Assembly (NCBI RefSeq): GCF_036321535.1 | Contig: NC_087436.1 | Span: 5,332,001 to 5,396,000 of the forward strand | Origin: Camelus dromedarius | Lineage: Eukaryota | Direction of reading: 5' to 3' | DNA: 64,000 nt | Shown: positions 39,571 to 52,270 of the stretch, in pieces | Position numbering within the stretch: position 1 is the first letter of the stretch | Layout of the letters: each line of letters starts with the position of its first letter | The notes under the pieces: model-generated | The model's database searches: none | The model's input: only the letters and a program-made list of their open reading frames with translations | Told to the model about the DNA's origin: nothing | Program-made: the position numbers and the translations under genes

Positions 39571-40287
39571 TTTTTTTTTAATGGCACCTATATTTTTAAA
39601 TTTACTTATATGTACTGTCCATTGTTTCTAAGAACGTTTAGAGCTTTAGCTTTTTAAACTTACATAGTTATCAAAGGAATAAAGCCAACCTCAAAGTAAG
39701 AATTAACTCAAAAAGATACATACAACCTGCTATTAACAACACTATTTATAATTGCCAAGATATGGAAGCATCCGTATTCGATTTAAAGTCCCATCACAAG
39801 GCTACAGGGAACATGTTCACTTCGCCTGACTACCTTCTCAGCGACTGAGTCCCCTCTGAAACATCTGGTGGTCTCACTGTCCAGAGAGACTCAAACTCCC
39901 TTCCCCAGGAACCTATTGAACCGACGCTTAAATGCTGTCCCCACTTCTACCTGAGGGTAACGGGGACCAGTGGGCAGGAAAAGATTCGGGTCTGGTTCAC
40001 CCTCCAGAGCATCAGCAGTATCCACATTTGAGTGGGGACGCAGCACCATCACCTCAGAGAAGCTCTGGGAAAATGCTTCCCTGATACTGACCTGAGCATC
40101 GGCCCCTATAACTTCCCGCGTGCTTCATGGACCATTCTGGATAAGTCTTTGCTAGTCATGAAACCAGCGGGACCCCAGGGAGCCCTCCCAGGTACAAAAG
40201 GCCCTCTGAAGCCCCTGTTTCTTGTTTGCAGAAAAAGGCTTCGGTCTCCTAGGTCTTGCCTGAGTCCCAAAGAGCAGACTCATTCAG

Positions 40288-40795
40288 TGACTAATAAGGG
40301 AAGGGAGGGAACGCAGAAACACAGGAAAAACAATTAAGCCAGAAAAGTAACAAAAATAGTTCAGAGATAAAACAGAGTCCTGGTTCCTCCTCAGGGGATA
40401 CACGTTAACAATCTGACACATATCTTCGCCTTGTTCTGCAGAAACTAAGACCCCCGTCCATGTGGACGAGGGTGACTACTTGCTGACCTCAAGCAGGTGG
40501 ACCCCAGGCTGGTTAGAACCAGAAGGTTGATTATTAAAGATTTCCGAAACACCACCCTGCTTCCTCACCACCAACCAATCAGAGGAAAGACACACCCTGC
40601 AGCTTCACCCCAAAGGTGGCCTTAAAAAACACTTCCCTGAGAGACACGAGGAATTTGGGTCTTTTGAGCACAAGCTGCCCATTCTCCTTGCTGGGCGCCT
40701 AAGTAAACACTGTACTTTCCTTCACCACCACCTGGTACCAGCGGCTGGGCTCTGCAGTGGGGCCAGTGAGTGGACCCCAGTTTGCTCCACTAGCA
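40288..40795 (+). mobile_element. ERV1-like solo LTR
   Basis: caccaaccaatcag CCAAT box, ttaaaaa TATA-like element, gggtcttttgagcacaagctgccc, agtaaa signal. Confidence 0.6.
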
Positions 40796-40940
40796 GCGAG
40801 AGTGTGGTCCACAGAACAGCATCGAAGCAGCTTGTTAGAAACACAGCACCACAGGCCCCACCCCAAGCCTACTGAGCAAGGTGTGAACCTTAGCAAGGTC
40901 CCAGAGGGGTCAGATGAACATTCCAGTCTGCCAAGCACTG
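40796..40940. mobile_element. hAT-Charlie MER5A-like relic
   Basis: gtgtggtcc...gcttgttagaaa...ggccccacccc...aagcactg. Confidence 0.6.
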
Positions 40941-41899
40941 ATGTAAGTAAAGGCAGGCAGGTTATATCTTTAACCTTCTCCAGTGGAGTGACTCTGCACT
41001 GCCCTGACAGCCTCCAGCATCAAATCTCTTTTTTCCTTTCTATCCACTTTGTTTTTAGAAAGCCCCACATTCATTTTCAGCCTCTTGGGCCAGAAATATG
41101 GGCAAAGGATGTCCAGTGTATTAAGCAGACCAGACCCGCTGCTTGTTTTCGTGACTTGCTCTGTGAGGTAGGTATTAAATTTAAAATTTTACAGAGCAGA
41201 GACTTGGCCGCTTAGAAAGGTGAGGCCGCAAAGATCACATCACATAACTCACAAGAGGGTGAACCTGGGTTGAAACTCAGTTCCAGGCTCCAGGGAGCCA
41301 TATTTTCACACTTTTCTTGCTTTAGGGGTTCTTCTCATCTTAAATACCAAGGCTTTTCCTGAAAACGAGCATATGATGCAGGAGAGAAAAACCCTGGCGT
41401 TCAGAGCCCTTGCTGACCTGTGGACACAAGATGAACACGTCTGCGCAGGTCCTAACTGGACTTCAACACGCAGAGTGGCAGTTACAAGCAGGAGGATGCA
41501 GAGGTCACGGGCACGCACCTGGGGCCGGGCTGCCTGGCTGGAGACACTGACCTTGGCCGAGTGGCATCCTCCTCACACAGGCGGTTATCCCAGCCTCTGG
41601 CCCGAGAGGGTGCCGGTGAGGGTTAAAGGAATGGATGTGTGTGAATCGTACATCACTGCACGCTAGGTGCACAGTGAGCATTTGGTACGTGTTAGCTATA
41701 TTTACTATTAAATGGAGTTTATTGCAGTATTACCTGCCTCTGCTACAAATAAAATGGGCCTGTCTTCCACGGAGCCACGCTGTTTGGAACGTTCTCCCGA
41801 ATCCATGCACCATTTGCTTTCTTCTCTTTGGATGACCTGAAACTCACCTACATTGATTGCTTATCATTGTTGAAAATGAACAGTAAGATACTAATTCCT

Positions 41900-42072
41900 G
41901 TAGATAAAACAGGTCAACAACAAGCTACAGCACAGGGAACTACATTCAATACCTTGTAATAACCTATAATGACAGAGACTATGGAAAGGAATCTACGTAT
42001 GTGTATGTATGACTAGCTGGACACCAGAAATTGACACAACATTGTAAACTGACTATACTTCAATTTAAAAAA
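41900..42072 (+). mobile_element. Short L1 3' tail
   Basis: agcacagggaactacattcaat...gactatacttcaat. Confidence 0.85.
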
Positions 42073-42857
42073 TATATAAGCCTAAATTTTTTTAAAAAAT
42101 GAACAATAAAATCCCTCACCAATTTGTATCTTTTACATCCTCTCACGGTCAACAATTGAGCTGTGTGTCCACTGGTACAGTTACCAGGTGGCAGGAAGCC
42201 TTCGAAGACGTCAACAAAGGCCACGGACCAAGATGTCCAGCCAGACATCTTAGGCGAGAGCGTCCAGCTTGTCCTGACTACTCAGTCACTGGTTCAGATG
42301 CTCTGACAACTCTAACACCAGAGCGGACCTGAAATCTCATCAGCCACTGACTGCCTGCAGGTCCAAGCCACCGTTTTCTCCCCTCCCCTGGCAGAAGCAA
42401 TAATCCTTTTGGAAAAGTCACTCACCCGCTCCCACCGCTCCAGCCACTGCCCGGTGTCCCCTTGGTGTCCGGCACAGTCCTCGCTAAGGGCCCCGCCTGT
42501 GAGGGCTTCTGTCCCACCTCCTCGGGTCTGAACACAAAGCCGCCTCGAGAGGCCCCCACAACCTCAACTTCAACACACACAGCCGCACAGCCCCCCCACC
42601 TCAGTGCGCAGCACCGACCACACAACAGTGACCTCGGTGCATGTCCTCGCCCGCTCTCTGCCCTGGAACACAGGCGAGGCGCAAGCTCAGGGCATCCACA
42701 CGGTTCACCGTGGCATCGCCTGCGTCCAGGAGCCTGTGGCCTCCGTGACGAGAAAGCAGGAGGCTGTCACTGAGGGAGCAAGTGGACAGGGGGCTTCACC
42801 TCCTCGCCCCCGCTCACCCCGAGACTAAGTCTGCACATCTCCTGGGGTGCACCCGCC

Positions 42858-43165
42858 ACCTTTATGGTATATATATATCCTACCTTTATGGTGTGTGTGT
42901 GTGTGTATACACACACACACATACATATGCTGCCTTTGTATTTTTATAGTACACACACTAAGCATTTTATAGTATATAGATACACTACCTTTATTTTTTA
43001 TAGTGCATACACTATACTATGTACTTTGTAGTATATATATACTACCACTAAGCATTTACAGTACATATACTACCTTTATATTTTTATAGCATATACATTA
43101 CCCTATATATTTTATAGTATACACATACTACCTTTATACTTACATATATTTATGTGTATATACAT
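42858..43165. repeat. Degenerate AT-rich minisatellite (~28-30 nt unit) with TG/TA/CA microsatellites
   Basis: Recurring tacctttata-tttttatag-tatacacac-like unit. Confidence 0.75.
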
Positions 43166-43336
43166 TTATTTCCATGTCTCAGGTACAGCCATACCACAGA
43201 TTAGATCAGGCACTCATTATTGACGATACAAAGTTACTAAGCAAATTGGAGCAAAAAAATTCTTCTAAAAAATTTTTTTCCCAAGAAAAGTATAAGTTCT
43301 GGGAAATACACTAATATTTAGTCATATTTAGAATTA

Positions 43337-43407
43337 TATGTGTGTGTGTGTATATACACACACATATAATATATAAATACATATATATATACATATATAT
43401 ATATAAA
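43337..43407. repeat. (TG)n/(CA)n/(TA)n compound microsatellite
   Basis: Seen directly. Confidence 0.85.
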
Positions 43408-44220
43408 TCTCAGAAGCAAAAACTTAAAAGACAGCAATGTGCATCCTCCTGCACAAAAATCTAAATCAAAAACCATATGCCTGTCAGTATCCACAAATTT
43501 TGAACTCCCAGTCTATCCCTTCCCACCCCCCAAAGATTTAAAAGAAAAAAGGGGGAAAAAGCTAAACTCCAATTTATTTAGCTAAACCACCACAGTTTCA
43601 TTTCCCAAAGCAAAGAAAAAAAAAAACATAACTGTATGGGTTTGTTAATTAAAGAACCCGCCCCCTCCCAGTTAAAGAGGTCACTCTCCCTTAACATGGC
43701 AGTTTAGCTCGGGAGGTGGACGCAAAGAACTCGTACTGCTGAAACCGCAGAGCTGACTGGCAAGGCGATTACTCAGGGTGCTGGCTAACAACTTGGAATC
43801 TGGCAAGAAGCACCTTGAGGATTTTCATGACCATCCAGACTTAGCAGTGTGTTTCCTTTCTAATCTCAAAAGTATCCAATCTGGCTTCCCTCCCTCTCGG
43901 TTGTGGTACCCACTCCCAGGTTCAAGATGACTCCCGCCTCTCTGCCTCACTCCCACACGACTGCCTCACTGCCTCACTCCTGCATCACTGGTCCACTATC
44001 CCAAGGGTCCAGCCCTCAGCTCCCACACACCCATCACATCGCATCCATGTCAGCTGCTGAGAACTAAGAAACTGCTACTCATGTTCTGTCCTCTTCTCAT
44101 AGTTGCTTTTGTAAAATTTATCATCCCAACCACAGGATGCTTCAGCCTGGATATTTCTTCTTGTAAATCACAGAGCATTTATTATTTACAAAAAATGGAT
44201 AAAAGTAGGTTATGTCCTAC

Positions 44221-44242
44221 CTATTACAACAGCCTACAGAAT
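44221..44242 (-). CDS. Tentative micro-exon, 22 nt (phase 1 to 2)
   Basis: ctcctgtttttcag acceptor, TAG|gtagga donor; single open frame (D)SVGCCN(R). Confidence 0.3.
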
Positions 44243-44911
44243 CTGAAAAACAGGAGTACAGTGAGTCCTGCAGAAAGCACTACTTATTAATATGCACACC
44301 GCACAGAGAAAATAGAAAATTATTTTAGAAATCAAGAAATTTAAGGTACTGAAATGCTGAAATGTCTCCTTATCTATCACCTAGAATATGAAATATGTCC
44401 TCAGATCAGACAAAATAATAATAGAAATTGGTAGAACATTGTATACTGACTATATGTCAATAAAAATATATTTTAAAAAAGAAATATAAATAATAGCTCT
44501 GATGTCACAGCTTAGAGTAATAAACTAGCCAGAAACACAAAAGGCATACGTCAGAAAAGGAGACCAACCCGTTTAAAAGCATACAGTAGTCACCCCTGGT
44601 GATTTTATTGGTTATCAATGAAAATTACAAACAAATATGTCAGAGCAAGGGTTTCAGGTGTTTCTCCATTGAATGGGCACGAGATTTTTTTTTTTTAAGC
44701 AACAAATCCCTTTTCAGAGGCAAGGGTGAGCTCCAGTGGGCCAAGGTCACCTGAAGGCAGAGCTCTGCTTTTCGCAGGGCGTCACCTACTTGCATCAGGA
44801 CCACCCGAGCGGAAGGGCAGGTCAGGATGCAGCCCACAGCCCAGGGCCCAGAGCCAACCGCAAGTTCTGGTCCTGCTGCCAAGCCCTCTGTGACTCAGAA
44901 GATGAGCTCAC

Positions 44912-44994
44912 CTCCCAGACCAGAGGAGGAGCCCCTGACGGCACCCACATCCCTCGCAGGGCCTGGTCCTGGGCTTTCAAAGACTCTGGTCGCC
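44912..44994 (-). CDS. Tentative exon, 83 nt
   Basis: aattttcag acceptor, GAG|gtgagc donor; the phase 2-to-1 frame ATRVFESPGPGPARDVGAVRGSSSGLG fits both neighbours. Confidence 0.3.
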
Positions 44995-45489
44995 CTGAAA
45001 ATTTCCAGAACAGAACAAGCATGAAGAAGACATCCTCAGGTCTGCTGCAGCATGCTTGAGATAATGGTTAGGGCTACGTGGTGAAGAAGGCGAGGCCCTG
45101 GTCTCCCAGTTTCGACACCAGGAAGGCTGGAGGCAAGCCTGTCACCGGGGCTGAGAAAGCCCCGCCGCGCCGCCCAGGCATGAGTCACCCTGAAAGTCTG
45201 CAGCCGCAGGAACGAGGTCAGCAGGACGGACAGAGGGGATTGCCCGTTGTTCTCCTGGGATGCTGGGCCCTAGGAAGTAAACAGGATGGAGGACCAAAGG
45301 CAGAAGACAGGAGGAGCCCAGGCTGGCCCAGCTGAGCGCTTTCTTGCTCAGATCCATGTCCAGACACGGCTGCACCCCAGCCCCCTGCCAGGGATGCCCT
45401 GACCCCTACAGTTTACACAGGGGCAGCTGGGGCACTGGCTACCCCATGCAAACTTCCAAATCTACTTCCTTCTTCAAACTCCCCCCGTT

Positions 45490-45700
45490 TTCACTGAAGC
45501 ACAGTCAGTTACAATGTGTCCATTTCTGGTGTACAGCACAATGTCCCAGTCATGCATTTACATACATATGTTCCTTTTCATATTCTTTTTCATTATAGGT
45601 TATTACAAGGTATGGAATGCAGTTCCTTGTGCTATATACAGGAGGACTTTGTTATTTATCTATTTTATATACAGTAGTGTGCATCTGCAAACCATAAACT
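45490..45700 (-). mobile_element. Short L1 3' tail
   Basis: cagttacaatgtgtc...tttctggtgtacagcac motifs. Confidence 0.85.
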
Positions 45701-46214
45701 CCCTTTTAACATAGAGTTCTCCTGAGATGGCCAAGTCTCGGGGGCCAGTGCACTTGGAGGGGTTCCAGGCTCTGCAGACAGAATTTTGCATTTGAATCCT
45801 GGAATCATAATAATTAAACATCAAAATGAAGACACAGCCGTGAAGGATGAGGGCAGCATGAAAAAAAAAATCCAGTCATGTGTGTGGTTTCTTTGTTATT
45901 TTGGTTTTTGTTTCTTTGGGTTCTTTCATTGACGACTAATGTCACTGCTTCTGTGACGACTGAACTGCTGAGTGGGGAGGTCCCCACATCAGTCTCTTGC
46001 TCGACGTATAACTCTGCCCACAGGCATGAAAAAGAATATTCCTTTCTTTTCCTCATTCCCTTAACTCAACCTTCGGTGTCACAGACACTGCAGTGTTGCT
46101 TCCAAAAACAAAACAGGGCGGGCTGCTCAGAGCAGAGTGTTCTATGTGCCTTACACCTAGAGCCTAAAATCATTTTTGTTCTTTTTTTCCCCTTTTTTAA
46201 GACTTTTTTTAAGA

Positions 46215-46315
46215 CTATGAAAACGAATATGTGTATACATAAATACACGACAGGGACATGATGCTGTACACCAGAAACTGACACATGGTAACTGACTATA
46301 CTTCAATAAAAAAAA
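46215..46315 (+). mobile_element. Short L1 3' tail (opposite-strand fragment follows at ~46340-46440)
   Basis: gctgtacaccagaaactgacac...cttcaataaaaaaaa. Confidence 0.8.
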
Positions 46316-47541
46316 TTTTTTAAAGACTTTATTTAAGTGTACTTTATTTATAGAGTTGTGCTAGCTTCAGGTGTACAGCGTAGTGATTCAGTTATACAGA
46401 TACATATATACATACTCTTTCTCATTATAGGTTATTACACACTTTCATTCTTGCATTTTTAGAAAGGTAGTCACAGAGCAGGTGAGCTTATATGATCTGA
46501 AGTGTGAGAGCGTGAGGCCCCAGGGCCATGCAGCCCCGGTGGAAGCTGCCTGACCCCAGCAGGGGACCAGGTGTCTGTCCACAGGACCTGCTGGACTGAG
46601 AAGGTCAAGTGCTGTCCGTGCCTCGATCTCCCTGCCCCGGCAAATGGGACCAGCAGAGTTTGCGGTCCACACGGACCTCGTATCACATGTGCCGGGGATG
46701 TGGCTGCGGGAAGGCAGGTCTTTTACTCCCTGGTGGTTCACATCGCACACTTTATAAATGAAGCCCGTGGCATGCAGCCTAGTGGCATGTTCCAGATGTT
46801 TCCAAGAGTGCACAAAACAAGACCACAATATTTTCTCCATCTTTACGGCTTAAGAGCAGGATGCACAGACTACACACTAAGCTTAAAAAAAAAAAAAAAA
46901 AAGAGAAAGAAGAAAACCCCGTATGGTGCCAAATGTTGGCCACTCTCCTCTTTCTTCCCAGACAAATCTCTTAGGTCTTGGGAAAACAACACTTCCTGTA
47001 AAGTGCCAGAAACAACACAGATCATTGTGGTGATGTTCACCCTTGGCCACGGCTGCTCGGCTGTGCCTGGAGCCACATCGGCCACATCCAGCCCCCCGGG
47101 AGAAACTAAGAGGCAGCTTCAGCCCTCAGCCCTGAAGGGCCATGGTCAGACACGCCATCTCCTCACTTCTAACCACAGGGTTGCCTGCTGGGCGCCTTCC
47201 TTCGGAACAGGAGAAACACTCTTGTTTGTGTCCACCTACCCCTCACTGAAATTAGGTTTAAAAATTTGGTACCCCATTGCTTCCACTGTACAAGAAGTAT
47301 GTCCTAATTAGAGGGGATTTTTAAACACTACCTGCGTGGTGGGAGGGAAAACATTAGCCCACTGCTTCTCTAGGACCCTTGTAGATAAATACTGATAACG
47401 CGTGAGTCTGTTTCATTCCAGTCCGTCTACATCCACGGAAAAATGTGTGCGGGCATATGTGAACGTCTCCCAAGTCCTCCTTCCACCCTCCTTCCCACTG
47501 TCAGGGCGGGCTTGTCCCTGGGGAGATGGGGCTTTGTTCTG

Positions 47542-47628
47542 TTTCACTGAAGTATGGTCAGTTACAGCGTGTCAGTTTCCGGTGCACAGCGTCACGTCCC
47601 AGTCATGCACATACACACACATATTCGT
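47542..47628 (-). mobile_element. Short L1 3' tail
   Basis: cagttacagcgtgtcagtttccggtgcacagc...cccagtcatgc. Confidence 0.75.
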
Positions 47629-48093
47629 AGGAGACAGCGTTTGGATCACCATCTCGTACCCCATGAGCAATGGCACATTTGGACACTTCACAGCTTTTCT
47701 CTTGGGAGGCTGACTGCCCTGCTGGCCCCTCCCGGAGCCGTGTGAAGTTCACCGATGGCGTATGGAGCTGAAACAGGAGACGGTGAGGACGGACCACAGG
47801 GCACAAGATGGAAATCCGGAAGCCCATCTGCGAGCCCATCCCTTCCTGGGTGATTTCTTCAGGAAACTAGGAAGAACCTCTTTTTGTTAAGAACTGAAAA
47901 AGACAAATGCATTCTGTTTCCTGATCTCAAGGAGCCTTAAAAGATTCGTGATGATTCCTTTAAATACTCGAGCTACTCACGTGTGTGTACAATACAGAAA
48001 ATGAGGCATCTGATTTGGATGCTGGAGAGAAGGTAAAAAGCATCCGTTACCTTCTGCCTAAGGCTGCCATGTCCTTGATTAACATGCAAACTA

Positions 48094-48236
48094 GGGAGGG
48101 GGTAGCTCAGTGCTAGAGGGTGTGCCTAGCATGCACAAGGTCCTGGGTTCAATCCCCAGCACCTCCATTAGATAAATAAATAATTAAATAAATAAACCAA
48201 ATTATCTCCAGTTAAAAAAAAGAAAAAATTAAAAAA
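48094..48236 (+). mobile_element. tRNA-derived SINE (vic-1-like) with 13-bp TSD
   Basis: A/B boxes; TSD aacatgcaaacta at 48081-48093 and 48237-48249. Confidence 0.9.
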
Positions 48237-48265
48237 AACATGCAAACTAAAGAAGAAAGCATAGT

Positions 48266-48385
48266 GGGGGGGGGGGGTGATGGTTTAGCCCAGTGGTAGA
48301 GCACATGCCTACCATGCAGGAGGTCCTGGGTTCAAACCCCAGTACCTCCATTCAAAAATAAATAAATAAATAAATAAACAAATAA
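48266..48385 (+). mobile_element. tRNA-derived SINE (vic-1-like)
   Basis: tagcccagtggtagagc...ggttcaaacccc, (AAAT)n tail, imperfect TSD taaagaagaaagcat / taaagagggaagcat. Confidence 0.88.
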
Positions 48386-49074
48386 AGAGGGAAGCATCCA
48401 ATGCTCACTTGTTTCTTTCCTGCAGAGCATGAATACCAGGTAATTTGGTCATTAAGGAGTCTTCATACACACACGCACACACACACGCACTGCCTGTGCT
48501 GCAGTGTTTCTTTATAACAAACCAGCCTCAGGGAATTATCACTGAAGGGTTAGGGGGTCCCATGGCAGCGAAGCCCAGAAGACTGTCTAAGTAAAGAGAG
48601 AGCCACCTCTTCAGAGGGATGAGGACCACTTGCCGCCCTGGGGATGGGGGGGACCGGCAGTGTGAAAGGCATTGCTTTCCCAGCCCGAGGAAGTTTCTAC
48701 ACTGTGCAAAGGCAAAACACAATGCGTCATAACACTGCACACTTCCTCCCTGTGCGTGACTAGAAGGGCCTCCAGTTGTCGATGGAAATCAAGGATGACA
48801 CAAACGAGGATGTTTCACCCTCCTTCCCTGCAGCGTTTGAGGACATAACTGAGATCATGCAGATTCAGTCCCAGCAGAAGCCACTAAGATCAGATGCCAC
48901 GTTATTTGTAACTTTCAGCTTTCCCAGGAAGAGAAGGAAGGAGTGTGCCAGAAAATACAAGTCGCTTTACACAGAGTTGCACGCCCTCCAGCATCCCCAG
49001 CCGCCAGCAGCCCACCTAAGACCCCTTCTCTAGGCTGCACGTGCTATTAGCAAAAGTCAAATGTTGTCACCATT

Positions 49075-49602
49075 GGTGAGCGGTCCACAGTATGACACCC
49101 AAAATGTGCCACTCTGGCACAAGGATTACTTCGGGTGGGAGGCAACTAAGGATGGACACAGGGAAAGTTCTCTGCCCTCCCCTCGTCTGCCTACAAGCAG
49201 AGCATCAGCTTCCCTCTGTGAGGGGGGCACATCTTCCTCCCCTCTACCCCAGTCCCGGGATGAGAAGAGCTTCCCTCATCCCTGGAGACGGAGCGGAGCA
49301 CCCAGACACAGACCCTACTGAAATAATCATAGCCCTCATCTTCCATTAGCTTCCCCCATAAAGTTCCCGGTCACTTTCACTCAATTTCCAGCCCTTTGTT
49401 AAAATGGTATTTAATAATACGCCCAAGTCTAACTGCTTCTTTGTGTTTTTCTTTCCGTGCTGTGAAGCCTCTCTGCACATAAAATTTAAAATATCACAAA
49501 ATGTGTTTGCCTTTCTCCTGTTAATCTGTCTTTTGTCAGTTTAATTTACATACTGCACCACACGCACCTAAGAGTGTGGAGAGAAAGCCCCCACCTTCTA
49601 CA
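49075..49602 (+). mobile_element. ERV1 solo LTR (MER34-like)
   Basis: tatgacacccaaaatgtgccactctggcacaaggatta start, ttttctcctgttaatctgtcttttgtcagt motif, ends ctaca. Confidence 0.7.
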
Positions 49603-50291
49603 GTTCAATAGACAATTTGAAAAGCAGCTGAGTTGGAAAAATCCCCCTCTCTGAAATGTTTATAATTGTTGAAGTGCTAGCTGACTATAAGTTTATGAAA
49701 TGTAAAAATTGATAAGAATTGGCCAAAATGTCCAAATAGAAACGTTAATTGACAGGTCTTTATCACAGATAAAATCAGCAGCTTACATTTTTGTACTTTG
49801 TAAAATTTATTCATTCATTCTTTCAATTTCTGAGCACCCGCCACTACCAATGCAGACGGTTTAAAGAGAACACACAATAGACATATTTCTGCTCTTCTAT
49901 ATGGTTGCTTGTGAGTGTACCACCATCGGATTGTTTTTTAAAATTTTGAAATCACTGTCAACCACACAGTTCTGCTGAGTGGACTGTGAGGTTCTCAGTG
50001 GTTTTGTTTCTTGCTGAATGATCTGTTAAAAGGGTACTTTCCCCCGGGAGACCGCCTCCTAGGGCAGAAGTTAACCAGGGCTCCTGAGTGGTTCCATGTT
50101 CAAGGTCACGATACTTGTCTATTAACTACAATTCAAATGGCAAAGACAATGGGAAGAAGGCAACTCCTGCCGGGTCCCAGAGGCAGCCTTAGTTCTGGTT
50201 CTACTCTAACCAGAGAAACACTTTCTCCATTGAGCCAAAATCTCCAACCAGCTGGAAAGATGAAAGTCCTTGCTTTCCGCTGCAGACTCAC

Positions 50292-50423
50292 GCACAGGGG
50301 TCCAAGATGTCACTCCTAAAGCTGCAGTGTACCCAGGTTCCTAAAATGGTCCACATCTGAAATCTCCAGGCCATTTCAAGCATAAGTTTTAGGGACAAAG
50401 AAAGTGACAGTGAAATGTCTACA
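50292..50423 (-). CDS. Tentative exon, 132 nt (phase 2 to 2)
   Basis: tttggtttcttttctgccag acceptor, GC|gtgagt donor; single open frame VDISLSLSLSLKLMLEMAWRFQMWTILGTWVHCSFRSDILDPCA. Confidence 0.3.
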
Positions 50424-50601
50424 CTGGCAGAAAAGAAACCAAATCCTCGCCCTAGGCACATTCTTCTGCTTCAGACTTCCTTCCCCAAAACAGTGAAATG
50501 ACAACCGTTGGTCACATTCTCTTATTTGTAACAGAACCTGTTTGAAACAGACAGTGAAAAGAAACATCCGATTTATAACCCAAGACAGTTTATTTCGGCA
50601 A

Positions 50602-50783
50602 AAAGGATCAATTTGCTCGGTTCCACAATGTTGGGTGTTTCGAATAATCCAATTTTTCTTCTAAAGCTTTTACTAAATATCTGGTTTTACCTAAAGGATC
50701 AATTTGCTCGGTTCCACAATGTTGGGTGTTTCGAATAATCCAATTTTTCTTCTAAAGCTTTTACTAAATATCTGGTTTTACCT
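50602..50783. repeat. Perfect 2 x 91-bp tandem duplication
   Basis: 50602-50692 is identical to 50693-50783. Confidence 0.95.
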
Positions 50784-52130
50784 ACATCCTTTTCCCCCCC
50801 AAATAAATAAGGTATTTTCCATAAAATTTAAAAAGAGTCATGAAACAAGCAGAAGCCAAGAATTTCAAGTCACAAAATAATGATGGAGTTAGCCTAAATT
50901 ATAGGTTTGTTACTACATCCAGACTTACGAGGATACAGTCAAGTTTCTTAGGAAATGTAATGTTTACTGTTAATTACCATGTAGAAAATCAAACAGAAAT
51001 CTTCAGTTCTTTAGTTCCTCAGTTCCTTAAATCTACATTGAAAATACACATAAAAAAGGGTATTTTTGTTATCCACTAGAAACACTGACAACCCTGGGAC
51101 TTAATCGATTAATGTTTTAAGACATGACTGTTTATTTACCCCAGCATCTACTCCAGCACAAAGACCCAAGTTGCATACAAAATGGGAGAATCAATTTCGG
51201 CAGCTAGATGAGAAGGTAAACAGCACAGGTCAGTTCTCCCAGTGCCAGCGGCCTTGCCTGGTAAACCAGAGACCTACCACTAAACATTCAACAAATTGAT
51301 CCACTGATGGACTGCAAAAGCCAGTGATCCTCCTAAACCTTCTAATATGCAGCCAAGGAAATGTCCTTGGTTTTTTTCTATCAGTCTGCCTAGGACTTAA
51401 ACACCCAGAGTAACGTCTACAGTTTTTTTTTTTTTTTCCCCAGCACCAAAATAAGTCTTCAAAAGATCAGTGCAAAAATCTGTGATCAAAAGGATTGAAT
51501 AATTCATCTGAAAAAAATTGCAAAGTTTGTTGTCTGTTTTGTCTATTTTTAAGAGAATTACTTACAAAGAAAGGACATACTGAATTTTGTCTTTTTAAGG
51601 AAACACCAAGGGAAATCTTAATAGTCAATGTTTGGACGACCAAAAAAAGAGCTTGAGCACAATGTTTAAATTACAGAACTCAAGAAAAAATAAAATAACG
51701 TCTTAAATATCTTGGATTCTATTGCATCATAAAAGAAGGATTTACATAGTCAAGCTTCCATTGCTCATAGGGGAGTTACTCTTTGAAAACTTCTTTTCTC
51801 CTATAAATGAGAAAGATTTCCCCCTTGTAGAAAAGAAGGTCACTTGCTGTCACCAATTGTGAAAAACTTTCACTTGACACTGACTTTAGGGGACCATCTC
51901 CTGAAGAGCCAACCTGTTAAAGATATCTGGTAACCCAGTTCCTGTCCACATTTTTTCTAGACCAGAGAGTCTCAGCTAAGGATAGAATCAGAAGGATCCT
52001 GACAAAAATCTAGGCCTTTCAAAAGGATCATTAAGAATGCATTCCCACTCCAGTGTCACCCTCACCAGCAAATGGGATACACTGTTTCCAATAAAACCAC
52101 TGTAGCTTTTGTATTAGCTTTGTCACTTAC

Positions 52131-52270
52131 AGGGCAGCAGGGGTGCCTAACAGTGTTATTACAACTTAAATTACTAGATTCCTTTGTCTTGTAAAAGTAG
52201 AGAACTAAGATGTGCTTCCAGCAATGCTTCTGGACTTGCACTGTTCTTAAAAGTCTACCAGCTGGTAATA
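52131..52270 (-). CDS. Tentative exon (140 nt, or 57 nt from 52187)
   Basis: CT|gtaagt donor; acceptors cttttaaag or cttttacaag; open frame ...TKESSNLSCNNTVRHPCCP. Confidence 0.25.

Noticed and set aside
42110..42160. Possible minus-strand exon ending TTG|gtgagg
   Set aside because: Good donor but no pyrimidine-rich acceptor; not needed for the phase chain.
46571..47311. 246-aa ORF
   Set aside because: Runs through a poly(A) tract, non-ATG start, no domain or splice context.
48094..48385. tRNA genes (also 638, 21468, 38071)
   Set aside because: A/B boxes are followed by SINE body, A-rich tail and TSDs; these are SINEs.
50602..50783. CRISPR-like or prokaryotic repeat system
   Set aside because: Only two abutting copies, no spacers, mammalian context; no prokaryotic operon or cas-like ORF anywhere in the window.
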